A stretch of DNA of 64,000 bases, taken from Macrostomum lignano (lineage: Eukaryota). Below, in pieces: positions 10,489 through 21,256 of this stretch (position 1 is the stretch's first letter; each line of letters begins with the position of its first letter). A model generated the notes under the pieces. The model saw only the letters and a list, made by a program, of their open reading frames with translations, searched no databases and was not told the origin of the DNA. The translations under genes were made by a program, and so were the position numbers. Location of the stretch: positions 186,001 through 250,000 of the forward strand of contig NIVC01001638.1 of the NCBI GenBank assembly GCA_002269645.1. The letters run 5' to 3'.

Positions 10489-11999
10489 CTAGGCGGCTCT
10501 CGTGACGCCGGAGGATCGCGAGTCCAGCAGGCAGCGGCTGGGCGGCTGACGTTTGAGAGCGTGCCGGATTACTCCGTCGGGGTCCAGAGCTCCTTCTACT
10601 CGATCTGTAGACATGACCGGACGAGCAGCAGATTCTGCTTCATCAATAGCAATATCACGAAGATTGAGTGTTCTCTCCAGACGATCAAGCCTCCTTATTA
10701 TTTTACCCCAAGAGCTATACATTCCGTTTAGATAGCTACTGTGTGATACATCCTTTCTCTTTAATGCTTCAAGTCTTTCTTTGATTCGATCATGCAACGA
10801 TGTTGACTGAGTCATGAACTCTTCTAAATTATTGACTTTAACTGTGTTGGTTGCGACGTTTTCTTTAATTCTATCATGCAACACTGTTGACTGGTTCATG
10901 AACTCTTCTAAATTATTTACTTTAGCTGTGTTTGTGAAAACTCCTCCTTCGAGAATACGCATCCGTCTATCAGTGGAATTTCCCAGAAGATTAACTGATG
11001 ATCTCAAGCCGTTGATTAGCGAGACTATCGAAGTTATTTCTGACCTTAGTTCATTAGTTGCGTTTAACAACGGCACATAAAGCGGGTCCATGAGAAATGC
11101 CCGCAGACAAATTGCCCGCCGAGATTTGCCCGTGGAGATTTGCCCGCCGAGCTTTTCCCGCGGAGATTTGCCCGCAGTGCATTTTGCCTGTGAGCGAATT
11201 GCCTGTGGAGATTTGCCCGCCGAGAATTGCCCGCCGAGATTTGCCCGCAGTGCAATTTGCCCGCGAGCGAGTTGCCCGCCGAGTTTTTTCCCGCCGAGTT
11301 TTTTCCCGCCGAGGTTTGCCCGCAATGCTTTTTTCCTGCAGCGCATTTAGCGACGCGGCAGATTTTGTCGATCTGCATTGCCTTCCCAATGCTTAGTACG
11401 TGTTAATCTCAATAAAGAGATTTACACGATCAAAACGTTTTGATAGTAACTGCATATCAAATGCATATTTTTTTTTGGGGGGGGGGCAGTGCAGACAGAA
11501 TCCAGCTGCCAAATGCGCTGCAGGAAAAAAGCATTGCGGGCAAACCTCGGCGGGAAAAAACTCGGCGGGCAACTCGCTCGCGGGCAAATTGCACTGCGGG
11601 CAAACCTCGGCGGGCAATTCTCGGCGGGCAAATCTCCACAGGCAATTCGCTCACGGGCAAAATGCACTGCGGGCAAATCTCCGCGGGAAAAGCTCGGCAG
11701 GCAAATCTCCACGGGCAAATCTCCTGCGGGCAAATCTCGGCGGGCAATTCGTCTGCGGGCATTTCTCGGGCTCCCACATAAAGCTTATCACTTTCAAACT
11801 TCTGCCTAGCTACTTTAAGCCTGAGATCTTCCATGTTGATTTGCAACTGGTGCATGGAGCGCTCTAGGGCTTTCAGTCTGTTTTTATTCAGTTTGATCTC
11901 TGGGATCTCTTCATCAATGTTAATGTAGCGCTTGTCAAGGAAGGAAGTTGTGAGAGTGCTGTTGCCTGTAGTTGATTCACCTGCAAAATTAATAGACAT
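10489..11999 (-). pseudogene. Coiled-coil (possible fibre-like) gene of ~269 aa interrupted by the foldback element
   Basis: Removing 11084-11774 plus one TSD restores the frame: ...FESDKLYV|PLLNATNEL...; internal duplicated NT.KVNNLEEFM.QST.LHDRIKE. Confidence 0.8.
11084..11774. mobile_element. Non-autonomous foldback/MULE-like DNA transposon, 691 bp
   Basis: 10-bp TSD CACATAAAGC (11074-11083 and 11775-11784); ~260-bp inverted arms built of ~15-bp TTGCCCGCCGAGA repeats. Confidence 0.88.
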
Positions 12000-12014
12000 T
12001 TTTTAAATGAAAAA

Positions 12015-12812
12015 TTAAATTAAAATTCTTTTCTCCTTATTAATCATGACAAACTGATAGGGTTGGTTCCACTTTTCATAGCATATGTTAACAAATTCCT
12101 CCTGTGATATTGTTCTGTTAGAGTTCTTAGCTGGATATGTAATGTGAGCTGGGGCAATGACCTCATTATAAAATCGTTTCAGTCGATCTTGTGGTATGGT
12201 TGGGAAAAGGAGAATCAAATTACAGTTACCTCTAATTGTTTTATTTGGCAGTTCAAATCAGTTTTGGGCAATGTAAATAACATTGCAATTATTATGTCTA
12301 CCCCGGGTGAAATAATTTTCTATCTGTTTCTGGGGACCGGTCATGCAGTCATCAAAGACAATCAGGTGCTTTCTCTCCTTTTCTAGTTCATCAGGTTGAG
12401 GTAAGAGTTTAGTTTTAGGATCTATCTGTGGATCTCCATAAGTGAAAACTTTAATGTTTTGCCATTTTTCATTGTCTGGGATGTGCTTTGCGTATTCAGT
12501 GGCTACAACTTCCGGGTAGTTGAGGTCTTTTTGATGTCTAAAACATTGAATAATATCTTCCTTGTTGAGTTTGTTCTGTAGGCCCGCTACTAGCATTTTA
12601 TACTCATCTTGATACAGAGTGGGTGAATAGATATGTAGTGTGTCATAATCGAGGAATCCAGGTCTGAGGAGCATGTTAAAAACTCTGAAGGTTTTCCCTG
12701 ACCCAGATGAGCCAACAACAATGCATCGGAAGTGCCCTGGAATTATCTCGTTGTGAGCAAATTTTATCTGATTGCGTGTCCAGTGGGGATGAAAGTCGTT
12801 TGTGAAGTCCAT
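12015..12812 (-). pseudogene. A32/FtsK-type genome packaging ATPase with one in-frame TGA
   Basis: Walker A GSSGSGKT, Walker B LIVFDD, RGRH..C.VIYIAQ; TGA at 12258-12260, same frame continues FELPNKTIRGNCN. Confidence 0.92.
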
Positions 12813-12844
12813 TTTTTATGTAAAAAAACTTTTTCTTTTTAAAC

Positions 12845-13010
12845 TTGTGTATTTAAGACGCGTGTGTCTTTTTTCGGGATGTGTATGTGTGTGTCTCTTT
12901 GCGGGATGTGTGTGTCTTTTTTCGGGTTGTGTGTGTCTTTTTTTCGGGTTGTGTGTGTCTTTTTTTTTCTACTAGTCCTACATCCGACTAGTCCTACACC
13001 CTCACACCTC
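12845..13010. repeat. Short tandem repeats (GTGTGTGTCTTTTTTCGGG units; CTAGTCCTACA x2) upstream of the ATPase
   Basis: Visible direct repeats. Confidence 0.7.
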
Positions 13011-13033
13011 TTTTACCGTCAGGGTGCACCAAA

Positions 13034-13414
13034 TTAGTCAAATTTAAAACCGCCTCCTTTCTTATATTCAGCTCTCATCTTTGCGTAGATGGCTGGATCG
13101 ACACTATCTGCACTCGGTGCAAGGGGTTGAATATCTGGTATTGATTTCCGGGTTTCATTAACCGTATCCTTTATCTTTTTGGCTGCTGTGGCTACACTGC
13201 CAGCCGCTTCGGCAACGTTCTTGATGTTCTCTTTGTTCTCTCCAATGACCTTAAAAATCTTAGCCCCCTGAGCGATCAAATCGGCAAGGCCATTCCCAGA
13301 GCGTTCTTTTCTTGGATAGTGGCCTGCAGGGAAAAGTCCAGATCCGCGTTTAATGAGATTAAGTTCCTCTTTGTCATAGTATTTGTCAATGTCTTTTTCG
13401 AAAATAATTGGCAT
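13034..13414 (-). CDS. Small Polinton structural/core-like protein with three G-x-G motifs
   Basis: RGSGLF, SGNGLA, KGGGFKF; ATG ORF between ATPase and the polyQ gene. Confidence 0.65.
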   Translation of the reverse strand: MPIIFEKDIDKYYDKEELNLIKRGSGLFPAGHYPRKERSGNGLADLIAQGAKIFKVIGENKENIKNVAEAAGSVATAAKKIKDTVNETRKSIPDIQPLAPSADSVDPAIYAKMRAEYKKGGGFKFD

Positions 13415-13430
13415 CTTTTTAAATAGAAAT

Positions 13431-14642
13431 TTATTTTATGTTAAACCGTGAAAGCAAAAGTTCTCTTGCTCTTTTATCGATATATTTTCTCTCAAGCATT
13501 TTGTCCAGGATGTTGACAAATTCTTTTCTATTCTCGTCTTTCATTCCGGTCTTTGCCGCTCCTAGAAGAACAGCTAACCGCTTGTAGAATTCAGGCATGC
13601 CTTTTCCGGAAGAGCTTGGAGGTGATTCGAATGATTGGTCAGAAGAGGAACTGTCATGTGGCGCTTGTCTTTGTTGAGGTGTGAATACTCTGTCATTGAT
13701 TCGCTTCATTCGTTCTGGGGAGAACTGTTCTAATTGTCGCCATTCATCTGGGCGCTGGTTTCTGTACTGGGAAATCTCATTTGGCCCTGCTTTTTCAAGC
13801 GCTTCTAGTACTTGTTCGGGTGTGATTTGTTGCTGTGGCGGTGGAGGTTGTTGTGGTTGTGGTTGTGTTTGTGGTTGCTGCTGTTGTGGTTGTTGTAGTT
13901 GTTGTTGTAGTTGTTGTTTTGGTTGCTGCTGTTGTGGCTGTGGTTGTTGTGGTTGTTGTCTTATGACCTCTTCTTGATCCGGCAAACCAAACCATTGTTT
14001 AAAGTATTTGTATTTTCTAAACCTGTTCAAGTCAATCCTGTTTTCATGTAAAACTTTCAAAACACCGTTGTTCTTGAGAATGTCTATGTCCCTCTCTAAA
14101 GCGAAGGTAACCAGATCTCTATAATTCTTTAATTGCTTCTCGGATATTTTTTCCTGATTTTTAGTCATGTAGTCGAGTAAACTTTGAGTGAAGGGGATTC
14201 GTTTAGTTTCTGCGCCTTTATTGATTGAAATAGTTTCCTTCGTCACTTCAATGTTGTAATCCGCCGGTTCCCCGGTAATATTTTTTCGCCAGGCGCTAAT
14301 TCCAAATATATATTTTCCATCATCCGTTACGGGGCCAAAAAAGTTATCCGTCACTTTCATCTGCACTGGTTGTCCTGGTTGCTGAGCCTGTGGTTGTCCC
14401 GGTAAAGATGGGATTTTACCCAATGTGTTTTGCAACTGGCTCTCTTGAATATCATCAATTGTTTCCTTCACAGTGTCGATGTTTTTCTTCGCTTCTGTGT
14501 ATCCAGGTTTGTGAAACTCTGTGGCTGCTTGGACAAACTCATTGTAGGATTGCTGCTCCTTATTTATTAGCCCGGTAACTCGTTTCTCTGCTTGTGCTAG
14601 CTTCTCCAATTCAGATATCTGTTGTGTACTTTTTCGCTTCAT
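13431..14642 (-). CDS. Conserved Polinton protein with polyQ/P tract
   Basis: 403-aa ORF; C-terminal GKG....KRLAVLLGAAKTG....EF..ILDK.L motif typical of Polinton structural genes. Confidence 0.7.
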   Translation of the reverse strand: MKRKSTQQISELEKLAQAEKRVTGLINKEQQSYNEFVQAATEFHKPGYTEAKKNIDTVKETIDDIQESQLQNTLGKIPSLPGQPQAQQPGQPVQMKVTDNFFGPVTDDGKYIFGISAWRKNITGEPADYNIEVTKETISINKGAETKRIPFTQSLLDYMTKNQEKISEKQLKNYRDLVTFALERDIDILKNNGVLKVLHENRIDLNRFRKYKYFKQWFGLPDQEEVIRQQPQQPQPQQQQPKQQLQQQLQQPQQQQPQTQPQPQQPPPPQQQITPEQVLEALEKAGPNEISQYRNQRPDEWRQLEQFSPERMKRINDRVFTPQQRQAPHDSSSSDQSFESPPSSSGKGMPEFYKRLAVLLGAAKTGMKDENRKEFVNILDKMLERKYIDKRARELLLSRFNIK

Positions 14643-14672
14643 TTCTTATTTTATTTTATTTTTAGTTAAAAA

Positions 14673-15959
14673 ATGAACGACCCACTGACACCAGTTTTCT
14701 ACAAAATTAACAAGCCTATTTTGAGTGATGATAGCACAATCAAAGCGACTCAGGTAAGAGTTCCCAGTCAGGAAAATCAGAATGAAACTAATCTTGGTCC
14801 TGGCCAAACACTGACATTTACATACAATGGATGTTCGTCTTTGGTTAGTGTGCACAGTCTTAAGAGCGGCTTCCATATGACATTTCAATTCAAGACAAAG
14901 GGTGGTGCGGATGCGGCTCGTGCTAACGTTGACAAGCATGATGCGGATGTGGCTCTGATCAGTAACTTTTGGGCGTACATGTTCAAGGAGTTTAGTGTAT
15001 CGAATGGGAGCACTGAGTTGGAGCGAATCGCTAACTTTGGAATTGTCTATGACGCTCATTGTTTGATCGAGAATCCTGATTTTATTCAGTTGGGAAGTGG
15101 TGCGGGTTTTATTGCAGATGAAAAAGAAGGAGACATCAATGACAGTGGCTATAAAAAGAGGAAGAAGAGATACAACTATGCATTGCAAGGTGCTGATGAT
15201 GCTGCTAAGAACCCGCTGTATCGGTCTGTTGATGTATTTGTACCATTAAGATTCATGAGTGGATTCTGTAATACATTTAATCGACTGACTAGTAACTTTA
15301 GCTACACTTTTAAGATGACTAGAGATGATCGCAGTAGAGTGTTGTGGACTGGGGCGGACCACACAAGGATGGAGGTGAAGCTAACCGGAATCGAGCTGTA
15401 TTTGGAAGTCATTGAGCCAAAGACTGCACTAAAAGCGGATTATCTCAAGGCAATAGAGAAGGACATTGATGTTGCATACACGGCCTACATGTGTCGAGAT
15501 GAGCGAAACGAAACTAGAACAAACATCTGCATTAAAGAGGGATCATGCAGCAATCCAAGGTATATTATTATTAACATGAGAAACCCAAATAGCATTATAC
15601 GCTACATGCATGGAGACGTGCGGTCCATTCAGCATGAAATCAGTGATAATCTTTACCCTGCACTGCCACAAAATGGAGATTTCAGTCAGAACAAGATTAG
15701 CAAATTTTACAGCGAGTTGGTCGACTTGGCTGTGAAAGAGAACAATGGAATTGCTATCACTGCTCTTCAATATGGAACTCTATATCCAATGTTTGGCGCT
15801 GATGTGTCTGCCAGACAAATGCCTACTGATAACAGCCCTGTGAATATCGTGACTAACATTGAAAGGACTGCCGCAACACCCGTGGACCTGTACATTGTCT
15901 ATGCATTTGAGAGGAAGGTGAAGCTTAACATGATCAACAATTCATCCAGTAAAGTTTAA
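14673..15959 (+). CDS. Double jelly-roll major capsid protein (hexon-like)
   Basis: 428 aa, beta-rich; SDDST, ALISNFWAYMFKEF, PRYIII, YPALP motifs; head-to-tail with the penton gene. Confidence 0.85.
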   Translation: MNDPLTPVFYKINKPILSDDSTIKATQVRVPSQENQNETNLGPGQTLTFTYNGCSSLVSVHSLKSGFHMTFQFKTKGGADAARANVDKHDADVALISNFWAYMFKEFSVSNGSTELERIANFGIVYDAHCLIENPDFIQLGSGAGFIADEKEGDINDSGYKKRKKRYNYALQGADDAAKNPLYRSVDVFVPLRFMSGFCNTFNRLTSNFSYTFKMTRDDRSRVLWTGADHTRMEVKLTGIELYLEVIEPKTALKADYLKAIEKDIDVAYTAYMCRDERNETRTNICIKEGSCSNPRYIIINMRNPNSIIRYMHGDVRSIQHEISDNLYPALPQNGDFSQNKISKFYSELVDLAVKENNGIAITALQYGTLYPMFGADVSARQMPTDNSPVNIVTNIERTAATPVDLYIVYAFERKVKLNMINNSSSKV

Positions 15960-15978
15960 ATATTTTTTAGGACAAAAA

Positions 15979-16842
15979 ATGGAAGCTATAGCCGAAAGAC
16001 TAAATAACATTGTTTCACACTCTAAGGAGAGCATTCCTATTACAATAACTGGGCGAATTAATGACTCAAACGGGATGTTTGTTGAAAAATTAGAGCAGGC
16101 GATTCGCCTGGATCCAGGTGCTAATTACCATGTCTATCTTAACGACTTCACTGGTTGGTCAAACGTTCCCAATGTGATGGCAGCAAATAATAAGTTTTAT
16201 TACAAATGGAAAGATGCAGCAGCAGACCCTGTGGTATTCCATGTGAGCACGCAAAGTGTGGATACCTACAATAACTTTCTAGAAAATGTCTTTACTAAGA
16301 GAGGCCATTTTGAGACACCTGATGCGAGTAAGCCAGAGAAGAAACTTTTCCCTGTCAAACTAACCTATGATCTCACTGTAATGAGAGTGGTCATGCAAGT
16401 CCACAAAGATGCGGAGGTTGAGTTTAAAGATGACACTTGGTATAGGGAACTGGGATTCGAGAAGAAAGTTTATAAGGCAGAATCCGCGGCGCGGACCGCC
16501 ACTCAAGCATCGGGGACTGTTAAAATGGTCCGGGAAAGTGCAAGCGGTTTGTTCTTAGCACCCAATATTGCAGACATTGTAAAGGGTTTGAATATTCTAA
16601 TCAGAAGCAATCTCAGTCTTGATTGGGTATTTAAGGGAAAGCGAACGAATATTTTGTACAACATCTCCAACTCTGTTGCTGGAGGACAGATGGTGGTAGA
16701 GAAACCAAATCCAGTGAAAAGAGTTGTATTGAGTAATAAGGAGATTCACGAGATTGTGCTACAGTTTGAGACTGAAGATGGGGTGGGTGTTGATTTCAAC
16801 GGTGAAGAGTTTGTATTGACGTTGATCATTGAGAGAATGTAA
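15979..16842 (+). CDS. Single jelly-roll minor capsid protein (penton)
   Basis: VPNV...NNKFYY, ELGF, I.I.SNL, NILY, VDFNGE..VLTL.I motifs. Confidence 0.88.
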   Translation: MEAIAERLNNIVSHSKESIPITITGRINDSNGMFVEKLEQAIRLDPGANYHVYLNDFTGWSNVPNVMAANNKFYYKWKDAAADPVVFHVSTQSVDTYNNFLENVFTKRGHFETPDASKPEKKLFPVKLTYDLTVMRVVMQVHKDAEVEFKDDTWYRELGFEKKVYKAESAARTATQASGTVKMVRESASGLFLAPNIADIVKGLNILIRSNLSLDWVFKGKRTNILYNISNSVAGGQMVVEKPNPVKRVVLSNKEIHEIVLQFETEDGVGVDFNGEEFVLTLIIERM

Positions 16843-16846
16843 GAAA

Positions 16847-17086
16847 TCACAATTGCTTAATGATTTCTGCAAAGTTATAGTAGCTGTCGTAATCTTTTAC
16901 GTAGGTTACTCCGTACTTATGAAACCAGTGTCTTTGAAGAGCTAGATTAATATTAGGGACATTGATATCAACGCAGGGCCAATATTTTCTCATGTACTCG
17001 CTGTATTCCTTCTTGCATTGGTACTTACTCTTGTAATTAGGCTCGTGCGCTTTGTAATAAGAACCTGGAGAGACAACTGGAAACAT
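16847..17086 (-). CDS. Small Tyr-rich ORF of unknown function next to the right TIR
   Basis: 79-aa ATG ORF preceded by AAAAA like other genes of the element. Confidence 0.45.
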   Translation of the reverse strand: MFPVVSPGSYYKAHEPNYKSKYQCKKEYSEYMRKYWPCVDINVPNINLALQRHWFHKYGVTYVKDYDSYYNFAEIIKQL

Positions 17087-17098
17087 TTTTAGATAAAA

Positions 17099-17543
17099 AT
17101 TAGATTTTTTTTCAAAGGGTAAGGACCCTGCGCTGATGATTTAAAGTTTTAGGGATCTGGTTTCGCGTTGCAAATTGAATGTGGGGAGAAGAATGCAGAT
17201 TGTTTTCTGATTGTTTCTGGGTGGATGTCAGTGGATTATGTCAGTGTCAGTGAACATAACAGGTGTTAGTGGACATCTGTTATGCACTGATTCTGTCAGG
17301 GATAATATGGATGGATTTAATAAGATTATGTTCGAAGTTTTCGGAGCAAGTGCGACCCCTCCACTTTTTCATGATTCTGTCGGGGATAATATGGATGGAT
17401 TTAATGGGATTATGGAGGACGTTTTGTGAGCGAGTGCGACCCCCCTTTTTTTCTGATTCTGTCAGGGATAATATGAATGGATTTAGGTGGATTATGGAGG
17501 AAGTGAAAAATTTTGTCCCAGAAGCCCCCTCATGCCTTCTACT
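17099..17543 (-). repeat. Right TIR of Polinton-1
   Basis: Ends ...GCCCCCTCATGCCTTCTACT; mirror of 3291-3735. Confidence 0.95.
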
Positions 17544-18603
17544 GGTGACTGATCACCTCCCGAATCAACTCTTCAATCAGACTGCCGCGAGAAACTTTCT
17601 TGGATCCGACCTACGACACTCAGCGAAGCCTTGCGAGCACTGAAGAGGATGGACTAGCCAAAGACCTGGCTCATCCTTCGAACGAGCCCCCGGTCAGAAT
17701 GTTGGACGGGGAGGGACAAGCCTCAAAGGAGCCCAACAACAGCGCCCTTTCGAAGTTGGAAAAAGTCGTTGAGCAACAATCTGTAATGATGCAGCAGCAG
17801 CAGCATCTACTCAACACGTTGGCACAGCAGGCCACAGCCGAACACTACCCGAACACTACCCGGAAGAGTATGGCCCCGGAGCCGCGGTAGCTGACTCGTC
17901 CGAGTCGTCAGTAATCGAAGAAACGGTCGATGGAGGTTTCGTGAACGCCTCCTTTGTAAATACAGTCCATGCGCGTGACGCCGATCCATTTATTACAGGA
18001 CGAGTGGCTCGACGAGAGGTCGCTTTTCTGCTAGACAGCGGAAGCAGAAGAAACTTCCTCGGAGCGTCCACTTGGGCCGCCATTAGGCGTCGTCCACCAC
18101 GTTGTATAGTTGCACCTGCTTACCCTAACCGAGTCGCTATGTACGACGGGACCGAGTTAAGTCTCGCCGCCAAGGTTATCCTATTAGTTGAATTCTGGGA
18201 CTATGTCGCATAAACCGAATTCTTCGTCGCCAAAGGAGACTGTGAAAATCTTTTAGGAATTGATTTCATGCGGAGTCATTGCCAAGGACTAGACTTCCAG
18301 CAAGGAATGCTCACATTCCGACAAGGCACCCGACTTCCCGTACGCTATTCAAGGAGAGAACTGAAGGCCTGCCGAGTGTACGTCGCTGAAAAATGCACTC
18401 TGCCGCCTCAATGTTCCTGCCTCGTCGCCATTAAACTAGCCGAAGGTCATCAGCAGAACTACGGTTCACCGATGATTATCGAACCACTCAAATCAGGACT
18501 GCGAGCGAAGCATCACCAGTTAGACGCAGCCCCGGTCCTGCATACGATGACAGAAGGTCGAGGAGTGATGGAAGTACTTAACCCATCAGATACAGAGGTC
18601 CAT
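17544..18603 (+). pseudogene. Ty3/Gypsy gag C-terminus and aspartic protease remnant (5' half of the split element)
   Basis: PTTLSEALRA gag-like motif; FLLDSGSRRNFL protease motif; LGIDFM; post-protease ...IEP...MEVLNPSDTEVH; stops and frameshifts. Confidence 0.75.
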
Positions 18604-18970
18604 CCAATGTGAGAATCGATTGGTCTTTTAAAACTTTGCTTGTCCTTTATAGTCTATGGCTCATAGACTAGGCTGAACGCAGCTAGGCCCTTCGTATTCA
18701 GCGTAGGCAGGATTCTCACTTTGGATGGCTTTATTCTCAGTTAGGCTGACAAAACCAATATTAGTGTAGTAGGCCCTAATAAAACACAGGTAGATACAAG
18801 TATAATGCAGACTTACTTTCAATACATGTGTGTATAAAGCGTAAAGAACATATCAGATTAATGTATAAAGCAGGTTTAAAAAGTCTACTTTCGATACATA
18901 GCAGTTTAATGTATAAAGCAGGTTTACAAAGTCTACTTTCTATACATATCAGATTAATGTATAAAGCAGG
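18600..18970 (+). repeat. ~370-bp repeat, inverted copy of 33237-33596
   Basis: ~98% identical in reverse complement; internal ~45-bp TATAAAGCAGG repeats; GTCTATGGCTCATAGAC hairpin. Confidence 0.93.
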
Positions 18971-20232
18971 CAAACACACAGGTGCAATTTCAACAGACGC
19001 ATAATTAATGTCTCACCAACTAAAGAGTAAATATTGGTGCGATTGTGTAACCAGCAGGCGCACAGCGGTTTAGGGAAACCCCAAAAGGGAGGTTCACGGC
19101 CTAATGACCCGATATACTTTCAACACGATTAAATTGAATGGCGACGCGGGGGCCGGAAAAGTCTATAGCCCGCAGGAATCGATCCTGGGTCACCCTGTTT
19201 TAAACCACCAGGGTTACCCCCTAGGCCATTAACCTCCCGGGGACTATAGTCTCATTATTGTCAAAAATAGATGGGCAAAAGGGAGGTTTTTACCGCCCGA
19301 GCCCTCTCACATGTTCAATCGGGTTGAAAGTATTTCAAGTCATTAGGTTGTAAGGTCCATTTGTTTAGGACCGGCCCACCTATATTTCGGGTGGGCAGAC
19401 TCGAGCCCGGGGCCAGCCCATTACAGTTTTCGGACCGGCCCCCTCTGGCAATTTCCTCCCTAGGGGCGAGCTATCAGAATTGGTGTTTTAACCCTGTGCA
19501 TGCGCACATGAGAACCCAGTTAGCGCCCATTCTAACCTACCCAGTGTACAGTGTCAGGTTCCCCAAACCGCGTACAAAGAGAAATAGCTTATCAGTCAAT
19601 CTCCATACGCTCCCTCAGGGCTGTCTCGTACGCGGCCTCTTCCTCCACGCTCTCGAAGCAGTAGTCGGATGACTGCCAATGTGAAAATTATAACATTCTA
19701 TATAGACAAAATATATGAAGTACAGATTATACGAAATGTATATATACTGTAATATCTTACCAAATCTAAATCGTCCTCCAGCCGCCACAGACGTAGAGAC
19801 GCTGTATAGCGCACCAGCGAAAGGTGCTCCTCCCAGTTGGAGGGCCAGATAGCTGCAGCAGGCTCATCCCAAGCAGTCGGGCGCGCTCCCGGGCCAGCCA
19901 GGTACGCCTCCGAGTCGGGGGCATGCGAATTGCGCCCCATTAGCCAATCCTGGTGTAACGTCTCCGCCTCCAACACCTCCCGTAGGCAGGCCCCCCTCGA
20001 AACCAAAGTATCGAGAACCTGATTAAATGCTCTGACAAAGGTGTCTTGGGAGGGCAGGCCGCCAGGGTGGCGAGACCTCAGCCAGTCGATATCCCCGCGG
20101 AAAAACGAGGCAACGATGCGTGGAAAGTGTGGTGGGCGTGTCCTCGCGGCTAAGCTACTGGTTTTCTATTTGCTACTAAGGATTTTACTAGTGGATTATT
20201 ATCTGCTGTACTGATTTGAGATTTGGTAGAAT

Positions 20233-20243
20233 CGCTGCCACCA
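20233..20243 (-). promoter_or_regulatory. Primer-binding-site-like TGGTGGCAGCG (complementary to a tRNA-Leu 3' end)
   Basis: 11-nt match on the minus strand, 26 nt downstream of the LTR end. Confidence 0.55.
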
Positions 20244-20269
20244 GGCTTCCTGTTCCCTAGTCCTATTAT

Positions 20270-20685
20270 TGTAGAGACAAAGGATTGACTCAGGAAAACC
20301 GAATTGTTTAACAAAAGTTTTATACTTCAAAAGAAAACAAAATGAAAAATAGCATGCAATGGTTGGTGCAAAATGTCAGGCATCGACTACCTGTAGGTGT
20401 ACTGCTTCGGCATCAACTACCTCGACAGTTTTACTTAAATTTTTCCCAATATTCCCTGTCTCTTACCTTCCTAATTTCTGAGATCTGCCGCCAGCCAGCG
20501 AAAATAAAACTAACTAACAAGTCTGCTTTCCCAAGCCCCAAACTGTTCTATACTTCTAGAGAATCCCGAAAACTAGCGATTTTCCCCCACTCTAATTACT
20601 TTCCCAAACCTAAACTACTGACAGTAGGCAAAAAGCATATCTGCTTCGCTACTAACTCCCGTTCCTAAAATAATGCCCTACTACA
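20270..20685 (-). repeat. LTR of the Gypsy element (416 bp)
   Basis: TGTAG...CTACA termini; immediately preceded by polypurine tract AAAAGTAGGGGGGAGG (20701-20686). Confidence 0.85.
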
Positions 20686-21256
20686 CCTCCCCCCTACTTT
20701 TAAAAGTTTGCAATCCCCATTGCATACTTTCCTTCTTATTAGTTCGTGTATATTTGATAAATGTTATTATAATGGCGCGTGCAAGATGGCGTATTGAGCT
20801 GGATATAATTGATAAAATTGTACTAATAATAGGTACCATTACAGTTGTGAACAAAAGAAAATATGTATGGCTATATAAGGAATAATGTCACGTTAGCGCT
20901 GGAGAGATTTAGGCACAGATCATAGCTAATAACAGAATTGATAAAAAAATTGGTGATGACACACAGGTAATGCACGTATGAATTGGCAACAGTATAGAAA
21001 ATAATTTTTATCAGGCACAATTAATAGGCATAATTGCACTTTCTAAACGATAAGTGTAGCTAGTTAACATCATAAATGTAAAATGTAGATATTTATTAAC
21101 GCAGAATAATAATAGGCCTAATTGGACTGTCCTGTAGAATAACTAGATAAACTATTAATGTATGCGTATTTATTTGTTAAGCATGCATAAAGAAAAGCAT
21201 ACCGGCTCAAATCCAAAATGTAATTGTTTATGCTAATCTCAGCGTAACTACTTGGT

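Larger units (their letters stand above)
3291..17543. mobile_element. Polinton/Maverick (adintovirus-like) element, non-autonomous for replication
   Basis: ~445-bp TIRs ending (A/G)GTAG...CTACT; contains INT, adenain, A32 ATPase, MCP, mCP, PLA2 and a deleted pPolB. Confidence 0.95.

Noticed and set aside
11054-11867. Stack of overlapping 70-285-aa ORFs
   Set aside because: Artefact of stop-free 15-bp repeats of the foldback element
13681-13995. Cys-rich and Thr-rich ORFs
   Set aside because: Alternative frames of the polyQ tract in the 13431-14642 gene
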